A stretch of 51,506 bases of DNA from an uncultured Verrucomicrobiota bacterium (GTDB taxonomy: Bacteria > Verrucomicrobiota > Kiritimatiellia > RFP12 > UBA3636), in assembly GCA_946534105.1 (NCBI GenBank), contig CAMNCG010000002.1, forward strand, positions 1 to 51,506, read 5' to 3'. Of this stretch, positions 8,134-15,083 are shown piece after piece (the stretch's first letter is position 1; each line of letters opens with the position of its first letter). Position numbers and translations under genes: made by a program. The notes below the pieces were generated by a model that saw only the letters and a program-made list of their open reading frames with translations, was not told the DNA's origin and ran no database searches.

Positions 8134-9540
8134 ATGAAGAAGTCTGAATCGCACAATGTCGAATACAAGCGAAGCTGGCACGACGAGTACCTGCGTTGGG
8201 TCTGCGGCTTCGCCAACGCGAAGGGCGGAACGATTTGGATCGGCATCGACGACGACAGGAGCATCGTCGGCGTCGCAAACGCCAAGAAGCTGATGGAGGA
8301 CGTTCCGAACAAAATCAAGGACACGATGGGGCTCGTGGTGGACGTTTCACTTGTAAGAAAGCGGCAAAAGGACATTGTCCGAATCGATGTCCCGGAAAGC
8401 GACTTTCCCGTGGCATACCATGGCGAGTACCATTATCGGACAGGATCGACAAAACAATTGCTGACAGGTTTCGCCCTCACGCAGTTTCTCTTCCACAAAA
8501 TGCACCTTTCGTGGGATTCCGTCGAGACCGTCAACAAATTGCGCGTCCGGGATTTCACGTTCAAACGCCTTCGATACCGTTTCGACGAGAGAATCCACAA
8601 AACGGTCACGGCGGCGGATTTCGTCTCTTTCGGACTGGCCACAAAATCCGGCGTTTTGACGAATGCGGGAGCCCTGTTGACGGATGACTGTCCGATTCCG
8701 CAATCCCGCCTTTTCTGCACGAGGTGGCTTGGCCTTGACAAATCGGCGGATTCCGCGGCCAGCCGCAAGGAGCACGGAAACCTTCTCGAACTGCTGGATC
8801 TGGCGGAAAGCTTCATCCGCACCCAGACGAACAGAGGTTGGATCAAGCGTCCGACCGAACGAGACAACTTCCCCGATTATCCCGAGCGGGCCGTGACCGA
8901 AGCTGTCGTCAATGCGCTCATCCACCGGGACTACACGATGTCGGGCAGCGAAGTTCACATCGATATTTTCGACGACCGCATTGAAGTGACTTCGCCCGGA
9001 GGCATGCCGGATGGTTCGCTTGTCCAGGATTTGGACATCATGAACATTGCGTCCGACAGGCGGAACGGCATTCTCGCAGACGTGTTCGACAGGCTCGATT
9101 ACATGGAGCGGGAGGGAAGCGGATTCAAGAAGATCGTCGCAGCATATACGGGCAAAATGGCCCGCAATCCATTGGGCGTCCGACCGGCATTTTACTCCTC
9201 CGTCGGCAGTTTTACGGTCACGTTGCCGAACCTGAACGGGCCTCGCGAGGCCGCAATCGAAAGAACCAACGGGCTTGCAGATGCCGGTGGTGGCGGCAAT
9301 CCTGTCGGCAATGTCGGTAATTCTGTCGGTAATGTCGGTAATCGTGTTTCCGGCGAAACTGACCTTGAACATCTAGTCCTTGAATGTCTGCGCGGCGACG
9401 CCAAGATGTCGGCGGCGAAGATTGCAAAACGAGCCAAAGTGACGACCCGAACGATCGAGCGCGTCTTTGTGAGGCTTCGGACTTCCGGGCACATTCTTCG
9501 TAAAGGCGGGACGCGTGGATCCTGGGAAGTCCGCGACTGA
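8134..9540 (+). CDS. AlbA_2 (Schlafen-like) / HATPase_c_4 / wHTH protein ('putative DNA-binding, divergent AAA' regulator family)
   Basis: The N-terminus SESHNVEYKRSW..EYLRWVCGFANAKGGTIWIGIDDD..IVGV is the AlbA_2 signature. The middle ...AVTEAVVNALIHRDY...GSEVHIDIFDDRIEVTSPGG is HATPase_c_4-like. The C-terminal MSAAKIAKRAKVTTRTIERVFVRLRTSGHILRKGGTRGSWEV is a wHTH. Confidence 0.8.
   Translation: MKKSESHNVEYKRSWHDEYLRWVCGFANAKGGTIWIGIDDDRSIVGVANAKKLMEDVPNKIKDTMGLVVDVSLVRKRQKDIVRIDVPESDFPVAYHGEYHYRTGSTKQLLTGFALTQFLFHKMHLSWDSVETVNKLRVRDFTFKRLRYRFDERIHKTVTAADFVSFGLATKSGVLTNAGALLTDDCPIPQSRLFCTRWLGLDKSADSAASRKEHGNLLELLDLAESFIRTQTNRGWIKRPTERDNFPDYPERAVTEAVVNALIHRDYTMSGSEVHIDIFDDRIEVTSPGGMPDGSLVQDLDIMNIASDRRNGILADVFDRLDYMEREGSGFKKIVAAYTGKMARNPLGVRPAFYSSVGSFTVTLPNLNGPREAAIERTNGLADAGGGGNPVGNVGNSVGNVGNRVSGETDLEHLVLECLRGDAKMSAAKIAKRAKVTTRTIERVFVRLRTSGHILRKGGTRGSWEVRD
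9298..9350 (+). repeat. in-frame tandem repeat aat(nnn)gtcgg(c/t) x4-5 in the linker
   Basis: The units are aatcctgtcggc aatgtcggt aattctgtcggt aatgtcggt aatcgtgtt. They encode NPVGNVGNSVGNVGNRV immediately before the C-terminal wHTH. Confidence 0.85.
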
Positions 9541-9615
9541 CGAAGATCAAAATGCCCGACAAGTTCAAGCCCCTTCCGCCCCTCGAGCGCGGCGAAGCCG
9601 CCCCGCATGCACTAG

Positions 9616-9692
9616 TCACTCTCACCGTGAACCCCCGCTCCTCCATCCATCGCCCTTCCCCCACGGGCGCGGCCGCGCCGCCCGCCGCGCCG
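9616..9692 (+). repeat. leader repeat, copy 3 (diverged)
   Basis: tcactctcaccgtgaacccccgctcctccatccatcgcccttcccccacgggcgcggccgcgccgcccgcc aligns with the other copies. A GTG at 9627 opens a 29-codon ORF ending at TGA 9714-9716. Confidence 0.65.
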
Positions 9693-9741
9693 CCCGCAGA
9701 CCTCGTCGCTGAATGAAACCGATGAAAACCCGCAAGGTCCA
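9675..9741. repeat. 67-nt conserved intergenic motif, copy 1
   Basis: gcgccgcccgccgcgccgcccgcagacctcgtcgctgaatgaaaccgatgaaaacccgcaaggtcca aligns without gaps to 12843-12909, with about 10 mismatches by eye. Confidence 0.7.
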
Positions 9742-9802
9742 TGTCGAAATCGACCTCTCCGCTCCCGTCACGCCCACCACCCCCTGACCCACGACCCGCC
9801 TC

Positions 9803-9827
9803 GCGGGCGCGCCGCCGCTGCGCCCGC
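9803..9827. repeat. GC-rich hairpin (REP-like variant)
   Basis: gcgggcgc-gccgccgct-gcgcccgc is a perfect 8-bp stem, preceded by the same cctcgcggg context as other copies. Confidence 0.6.
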
Positions 9828-9882
9828 ACGACCTCACACCTCCCACCTCTCCCGACATCCAGTCCTTCCTCGTTTTCATGCA

Positions 9883-11781
9883 ATGAAACAAATCGTCCTT
9901 GAATGCAAGTGCCGCACGTTCAAAAGCGAACGAACCATCGTCATCCCCCCCCTCTGGACGGCACGGCCGCTCCACCGCGCCCTGCAGAAGGCGTTTGGCT
10001 GGGAAAACGATCATGCTTTCTGGTTCAAAAGGTCACCAACCGTCTTTTGTTCCGGAAATCCAGTGGACAACACCGAATCACGAGGCGTTTCGTTCGCCGA
10101 TCCGCTGGAGCGACTCTTTCCCGAAATCGGCTCGCGGCTGCTCTACGTCTATGACGGCGGGGACGAAAACGAAGTCGTACTCGTGCGACGCGAGGATGCG
10201 GAAGGAGACAAGCCAGCCTGCCTCTCGGCGTCCGGGCTCATGGCCGTCGAGGATTCGTCGCAGTACGGATATGTCGATGGGATTGCGGACGATGTCCGCA
10301 AATCGATGGCGGACGGCCACTGGGACCGAATTCCCGAGGAATTTGAAATCGGAAGCCGTGCGGATGCCGAGGCGTGGCTCCGCGATAGGGAGCCCGATCT
10401 CGCGTCCATATCACGCGACCTCGCAAAAATCCCCTTCCGACCGGAATCGGACTGTTACGATCCTCCCGAACGGAATGAAATGCCTTTCTTCCGCGGTTTT
10501 CCTGGACTGGACCGGAACGACGACGAAGAAATCCTCGACGGGAAAGACGTATCCGACGAAATCTTTCTGGCGAATGCCCCGCGTCTTCCTCCGGATCCCG
10601 TTCCGCTGGCCGAACTCGCGCACCGTGCAGAAGCGGGAGATCGCGCCGCGCTGGTCGAACTTGCCGACCGTTCGGTGCGCTATCTCCACTCCGACGCCGA
10701 CGAATGCCGCGATCTCCCGGTAATCCTGCGCGGGCTCTTCCGCGCCGTCGCCGAAGGGGACGTCGCGGCCAAGGCATCCGCCGGAAGACTGCTCGTCAGC
10801 GCCTACATGGTTCCGGCGCGGGCGCGCTTGCGGGGATGGCTGCTCCTGCGGGAAGCCGCAGACGCCGGCATCGCCGCCGCATGGGACGCGCTTGGACGGC
10901 AGGCCCTCGACTGGATTCTCGTCGACGGCTCCTACTCCGAACTGGAGAAGATCGAGCCGGACCGTTCCCTGTTGCCCAGATTCGACGACTTGAAGGATTT
11001 CGCCGTGTCCTGTTTCCGGAACGCCGTCGAAAACGGCTGCCCATCCGGATGGAACGGCCTCTTCTGGGCTGCGGAGGAAGGAATCGGGACTCCGTCGGGA
11101 AATCGGGATCCCGGCTTTGCCCTCGAATGCGCGCTCAAAGGCGCGGAAGCGGGTGATTCGCACTCCAGCTTCCACGCCGGCTTCAAACTCCTCGACTCGC
11201 AGGACGGAACGGACGAGGACATCCTTTCCTGTCACAAACGCGGACTGGAACTGGTGCTGCAAGGAGCGGAAGCCGCCGCCCCGGACATGGACGACGCCAT
11301 CGAACTGGCGAACCGGATGGACGATTGGCGGAAATTCGGACGGGTTGCGGACCATTCCGTTTCCGCACGCCGGTGCGACGCCGCCATGGCGCGCATCAAC
11401 CAGATCGATAACGACTTTTCCGGACGCAGATCCAGCGAAGTCGAGGAGGAGAACCGGAAACTCCGCAATGCGTGGATCAACGCATTCTCCGTCCTCAACA
11501 ACGGTCCCGATCCGGCGCTGGAAGAAGGCAGACGACTGCTCTCGCTCCCGGACGCCACGCCGAAGCAGTTGCGCGAAGGATTCCGCCTCGTCCGCGAGTC
11601 GGCCGAAAGGAACGGCTCGGCGGCCGTTTGGCGGGAACTGGCGTCCTGCTATGAAACCGGGCGAGGCATTTACCGCAACAAGAACCGCGCGCGCGACTGC
11701 ATCAAGAACGCGGAACGTGTCGAAGCCCGCCTGGCCGCCGCCGCGGCTTTCGCGGCCTCCCCACCGGAATCCGACTCGTAA
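9883..11781 (+). CDS. MM3350-like (pRiA4b ORF-3 family) N-terminal domain fused to Sel1/TPR-like repeats
   Basis: The N-terminus ...PLHRALQKAFGWENDHAFWF...LLYVYDGGDENEVVLV follows the PF07929 pattern (LH..IQ.AMGW.D.HLH.F ... F.Y.YDFGD.W.H.I). The C-terminal part has Sel1-like units (e.g. LASCYETGRGIYRNKNRARDCIKNA). Confidence 0.6.
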   Translation: MKQIVLECKCRTFKSERTIVIPPLWTARPLHRALQKAFGWENDHAFWFKRSPTVFCSGNPVDNTESRGVSFADPLERLFPEIGSRLLYVYDGGDENEVVLVRREDAEGDKPACLSASGLMAVEDSSQYGYVDGIADDVRKSMADGHWDRIPEEFEIGSRADAEAWLRDREPDLASISRDLAKIPFRPESDCYDPPERNEMPFFRGFPGLDRNDDEEILDGKDVSDEIFLANAPRLPPDPVPLAELAHRAEAGDRAALVELADRSVRYLHSDADECRDLPVILRGLFRAVAEGDVAAKASAGRLLVSAYMVPARARLRGWLLLREAADAGIAAAWDALGRQALDWILVDGSYSELEKIEPDRSLLPRFDDLKDFAVSCFRNAVENGCPSGWNGLFWAAEEGIGTPSGNRDPGFALECALKGAEAGDSHSSFHAGFKLLDSQDGTDEDILSCHKRGLELVLQGAEAAAPDMDDAIELANRMDDWRKFGRVADHSVSARRCDAAMARINQIDNDFSGRRSSEVEEENRKLRNAWINAFSVLNNGPDPALEEGRRLLSLPDATPKQLREGFRLVRESAERNGSAAVWRELASCYETGRGIYRNKNRARDCIKNAERVEARLAAAAAFAASPPESDS

Positions 11782-11798
11782 CAACCCGGCTCATCCGC

Positions 11799-11823
11799 GC
11801 GGGAGCGGCGAGCCGCCGCCCGC
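11799..11823. repeat. GC-rich REP-like hairpin, copy 4
   Basis: Identical 25-mer to 7904-7928. Confidence 0.7.
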
Positions 11824-11831
11824 CCCAACCC

Positions 11832-11928
11832 TTCACTCTTCACTCTTCACTCCTCACCGTGCTCCCCCTATCCTCCCTCCATCGCCCTTCCCCCGCCGGC
11901 GCATCCGTGCCGCCCGCGGCCGCGCCGT
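11832..11928 (+). repeat. leader repeat, copy 4 (with 3 x ttcactc at its 5' edge; contains the GTG start of the core-less Fic paralogue)
   Basis: ttcactcttcactcttcactcctcaccgtgctccccctatcctccctccatcgcccttcccccgccggcgcatccgtgccgcccgcgg aligns with the other copies. Confidence 0.75.
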
Positions 11929-12614
11929 CGCCGCTCTCCGAGTATCTCGTTGCCAAGGAACCCGGCCGCCGCGAGCGCGCGGAGAACTGGCGCGTCGCGA
12001 TCGGGCTGCAGAAGGTCGACGGCCTCGAGGTCTCGCCGTATCTCGTCAAGACCGCCCGGCGCAACATCGAAGGAGAAATATCCGCCGAGGACGCCCGACG
12101 CATTGTCCGACAATACTACGAGGAGAAACCACCCGGGGCCGATCCCGAGGCTCACGGAGAGGCGGACCACACTTCGACGAACATCAACGCCATCCTCGCC
12201 GAGCCCGCGTTCCGCCTCTCGCCCGAGTACTACATCGGCCTCCACCGCCGTATCTTCGCGGGCGTGTTCCCCTTCGCCGGAAAACTCCGCACCGTCAATC
12301 TCACGAAGAAGGAATGGGTGCTCGGCTTGGTCGCACCGCCCGCAAGCGGTGTGAACAAGCCGGATGTCACAAATCATGTCGGGATAAATGTCGGGATAAA
12401 TGTCGGGATAAAACTCTCCCCACAAGAGCAACGCGCGAAGGACCTTCTCGTTGCCGATCCGACACTATCCGCCCCGAAACTCGGCGCTCGGCTGGGCGTC
12501 ACCGGACGCCAGGCCGAGCGCATCGTTTCCTCCCTCAAAACCAAGTCTGGCCTTCGCCGCGTCGGCTCCCGCAAGACCGGCCGCTGGGAGTTCCCGTCCC
12601 ACCCGGCCACCTAG
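11859..12614 (+). CDS. Fic paralogue lacking the Fic catalytic core (VbhA-like N-terminus + repeat linker + wHTH only)
   Basis: The first about 155 codons are almost identical to 6132..6597. After KEWVL the sequence jumps in frame to GLVAP..., which in the full-length copy follows ...AAEL at about 7013. No HPFxxGNxR motif remains, and the reading frame is intact. Confidence 0.75.
   Translation: MLPLSSLHRPSPAGASVPPAAAPSPLSEYLVAKEPGRRERAENWRVAIGLQKVDGLEVSPYLVKTARRNIEGEISAEDARRIVRQYYEEKPPGADPEAHGEADHTSTNINAILAEPAFRLSPEYYIGLHRRIFAGVFPFAGKLRTVNLTKKEWVLGLVAPPASGVNKPDVTNHVGINVGINVGIKLSPQEQRAKDLLVADPTLSAPKLGARLGVTGRQAERIVSSLKTKSGLRRVGSRKTGRWEFPSHPAT
12364..12411 (+). repeat. 4 x 12-nt in-frame tandem repeat (atgtcgggataa)
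   Basis: The units are atgtcacaaatc / atgtcgggataa x3. They encode DVTNHVGINVGINVGI just before the wHTH domain. Confidence 0.9.
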
Positions 12615-12671
12615 ATTCCGACATGACCAAGCACGCCACCCATCTGACCCCCTAGCCCAAGCCTGCTCCGC

Positions 12672-12697
12672 GCGGGCGCGGCGCGGCCGCCGTCCGC
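12672..12697. repeat. GC-rich REP-like hairpin, copy 5
   Basis: gcgggcgcggc-gcg-gccg(c)cgtccgc has the same stem / bulged-C / triloop architecture as copy 1, with one G-T pair. Confidence 0.7.
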
Positions 12698-12842
12698 AGC
12701 GGAATCCCGAATCCCGCCGTCCTGTCCACCCCGCGCTGGTTGTTCGACGGAAAACTCGTACCGGCGGCGCCGGTCGTCGTCGCCGAAGAGGAGCCCGGCG
12801 GCGCCTCCTCCTCGCCCCGCCGTCCGCCCCGTTCCGAGCGAC

Positions 12843-12909
12843 GCGCCGCCCGCCGCGCTTCCCGCAGGTTCCGTCGCTGAATAAAACCGAAACGAACCCG
12901 CAAGGTCCA
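12843..12909. repeat. 67-nt conserved intergenic motif, copy 2
   Basis: gcgccgcccgccgcgcttcccgcaggttccgtcgctgaataaaaccgaaacgaacccgcaaggtcca ends 19 nt before the ATG at 12929. Confidence 0.7.
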
Positions 12910-12928
12910 CAACCGCGCGACACGCGCC

Positions 12929-13561
12929 ATGAAACTTGCCGTTCTCTCCGATCTCCACGGTTACATCCCCTCGCCCGCCGCGCAGGCGATTGTCGACAAG
13001 GCCGACATCATCTGCATCTGCGGCGACATCCAGAGCCGAGCGATGCACTCCTTCGCGTGGATCAACGCGCAGAGGAAACCCGTAATCCTCGTCCCGGGAA
13101 ACCACGACTGGTTCCTCTTTGATCCCGCCGGCGCGGCCTCCAACTGGGGATTCGGTCCGCACGTCCGCGTCCTGATCGACGGCGGCTGCGAACTGGACGG
13201 CGTCCGCTTCTGGGGAACGCCGTGGTCGCCGATCTTCTTCGACTGGGCGTTCATGCTCCCGCCCGGCGACCTCCGCGAAAAATACGCGAAGATCCCCGAA
13301 GGGATCGACGTTCTGCTCGCCCATTCCCCGCCGCGAATCCCGCGCAGCCGCATCGACATGGTGGAAGGCCGCCGCGACCATTGCGGCTCGGCCGAACTCG
13401 CCGAAGCCGTCCTCCGCGCCCAACCCCGCCACCTCTTCTGCGGCCACATCCACACCGGCGACCACACCCCCGTCCGCCTCGGCTCCTCCCTCTGCCGCAA
13501 CGTCTCCTACCTCAATGAGCAGTACGCCCCCGCCTTCCTTCCCGCCACGCTCGTAATCTGA
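12929..13561 (+). CDS. metallophosphoesterase (calcineurin-like)
   Basis: The ordered motifs of the family are present: LSDLHG, CGDI, VPGNHD, LLAHSPP, GSAEL and CGHIHTG. Confidence 0.8.
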   Translation: MKLAVLSDLHGYIPSPAAQAIVDKADIICICGDIQSRAMHSFAWINAQRKPVILVPGNHDWFLFDPAGAASNWGFGPHVRVLIDGGCELDGVRFWGTPWSPIFFDWAFMLPPGDLREKYAKIPEGIDVLLAHSPPRIPRSRIDMVEGRRDHCGSAELAEAVLRAQPRHLFCGHIHTGDHTPVRLGSSLCRNVSYLNEQYAPAFLPATLVI

Positions 13562-13703
13562 CCCCTTTGCCCCCCGCATCTGCTAGAATCCTGCCGAAAA
13601 CGGCTGAAAACATACTGAAACCCACTTCCGATCCCCGACTACCCCATCGGCCGAAACTTCGAGTCCGAGGGAGGACTGCCCATGGAATATGATTCCACTT
13701 GTC

Positions 13704-13725
13704 TATACTTTTCGCGAATTGTATA
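13704..13725. promoter_or_regulatory. 22-bp near-palindrome, operator-like, copy 1
   Basis: TATACTTTTCGCGAATTGTATA differs from the perfect copy at 13801 by two central-arm positions. Confidence 0.6.
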
Positions 13726-13800
13726 AGACATAGAAGGTCGTATTGATGCAAGGGTTTCGTGATGTTTACACTGTCGTTATTAGAACCGACCAACCATTGC

Positions 13801-13822
13801 TATACTTTTCGCGAAAAGTATA
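13801..13822. promoter_or_regulatory. 22-bp perfect palindrome, operator-like, copy 2 (abuts the -35 box)
   Basis: TATACTTTTCG|CGAAAAGTATA is perfectly self-complementary. It lies 97 bp from copy 1 in an AT-rich spacer. Confidence 0.65.
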
Positions 13823-13851
13823 TTGCCTTCAACCCGCGCTTGCGGTAGAAT
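13823..13851 (+). promoter_or_regulatory. sigma-70-like promoter (TTGCCT-17 nt-TAGAAT) for the ArsR-like gene
   Basis: -35 TTGCCT is at 13823-13828, followed by exactly 17 nt, then -10 TAGAAT at 13846-13851. The ATG at 13860 implies a leaderless or very short-leader mRNA. Confidence 0.5.
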
Positions 13852-13859
13852 GCGGCAAT

Positions 13860-14474
13860 ATGGAACGCGAACCAGAAAACAGTCTAAGTCCGACGTTGTG
13901 GCGGACGGCGCGGGCACTTGCAAACCCGGAACGGTTGGCGCTACTCCGGGCGGCGGTGGCATCGGGAGGAACGACAGATGTTTCACGGCTTGCGGAGAAC
14001 GCCGGACTGGCGCGGTCCACCGCAAGCGGCTATCTCCGCATGCTCAACGCCCGCGGGCTTCTCGCCGTGGACCGCCGGGACGGCCGCGTCTTCTACGGCC
14101 CGGGGACCGACCGCTCGCTTCCGGTCGCGGCCGCCGTCCAGAAGTCGTTCGTCCGCTACGTCCGGAAGCCGGACCTTCCTCGCGACTGGATCGAGCGGAC
14201 GCTGCCGTCCATCCGCGCGTTTTCGCATTTCCGCCGCCTCGCCCTGCTCGAGGACCTCGTCCGCACCCCCGGTCTCCCACAGCAGGATCTCGCCGCCCGC
14301 TCCCGCCTTTGCGCCCCCGTCTTCGCCCTCCATTTCGGCACGCTTCTGCGCTCCGGATTCGTTCGCGCCGAGCCGGACGGCTCCGTTTCGCTCCTCCGCC
14401 CCTCGCCGCCGTTCGCGACCGTACTCCTCGCCACCCTCCGGAAAGGCCTCGACCGCTCCACTCCGGTCACGTGA
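13860..14474 (+). CDS. ArsR/wHTH-type transcriptional regulator with two tandem winged-helix units
   Basis: WRTARALANPERLALLRAAVASGGTTDVSRLAENAGLARSTASGYLRMLNARGLLAVDRRDGRVFY is ArsR-like. A second similar unit is FSHFRRLALLEDLVRTPGLPQQDLAARS...LLRSGFVRAEPDGS. The ATG at 13860 is preferred to the TTG at 13743. Confidence 0.65.
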   Translation: MEREPENSLSPTLWRTARALANPERLALLRAAVASGGTTDVSRLAENAGLARSTASGYLRMLNARGLLAVDRRDGRVFYGPGTDRSLPVAAAVQKSFVRYVRKPDLPRDWIERTLPSIRAFSHFRRLALLEDLVRTPGLPQQDLAARSRLCAPVFALHFGTLLRSGFVRAEPDGSVSLLRPSPPFATVLLATLRKGLDRSTPVT

Positions 14475-14555
14475 GCCCGAACCTGCCAGCGGTCTCCCCG
14501 GGGTGACCCGAACACCTCCCGTAAGCTCCCTTCTCCCCCTCCCCATCACCACGAC

Positions 14556-15083
14556 ATGACCGAACAACTCTTGACACAAGAATCCGCCGCCGACCCCGCC
14601 GTCCGCGCACTCTACGAGGAGTCCTTTCCCGACGAGGAACGCATCCCGTGGGACGACCTGCTGCGTCTCGTGAAGGCGATGCCGCTCGAATTCACGGTCT
14701 ACCGCGAAGGGGAAGATCTGCTCGGGCTCACGATCGTCTACCCCCGGCCACGCCTCTCGTGGTTCTGGTATTTCGCCGTTCCGCCCGAAAAGCGCGGGCG
14801 CGGCATCGGCCAGCGCATCCTCTCGGCGCTCCTCGCGCGCTACGCGGGGCGCTCCGCCGTCCTCGACATGGAGGACCCCGGGCAGCCCGGCGCCCCGAAC
14901 CCGGAGCAACGCCGACGCCGCGCCGCCTTCTACCGGCGCAACGGCTTCCGCGAGACCGGCGTCGGCAAGACCTTCGGCACCGTCGCGATGACCATCCTCC
15001 TCGCCGGGGACGACACCTTCACGACGGCCGACTACGATGCCCTCCTCGCCGAAATCTTCCGCTTCTGGAAACCGAAGACATGA
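14556..15083 (+). CDS. GNAT-family N-acetyltransferase
   Basis: The acetyl-CoA binding motif region is present (VPPEKRGRGIGQRILSALL ... FYRRNGF). Confidence 0.75.
   Translation: MTEQLLTQESAADPAVRALYEESFPDEERIPWDDLLRLVKAMPLEFTVYREGEDLLGLTIVYPRPRLSWFWYFAVPPEKRGRGIGQRILSALLARYAGRSAVLDMEDPGQPGAPNPEQRRRRAAFYRRNGFRETGVGKTFGTVAMTILLAGDDTFTTADYDALLAEIFRFWKPKT

Noticed and set aside
6089-12697. Possibility that the recurring hairpins are integron attC sites or a CRISPR array.
   Set aside because: There is no integrase or cas gene in the window. I found no RYYYAAC / GTTRRRY cores. The spacers between hairpins are whole genes of very different lengths. The 12-nt tandem repeats are in-frame coding repeats with no spacers.
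13562-13700. Possible small RNA or promoter (ctgcTAGAATcc at about 13589) in the AT-rich spacer after the metallophosphoesterase gene.
   Set aside because: There is no convincing -35 at 17 +/- 1 nt, only very short stems, and no terminator. The evidence is insufficient.
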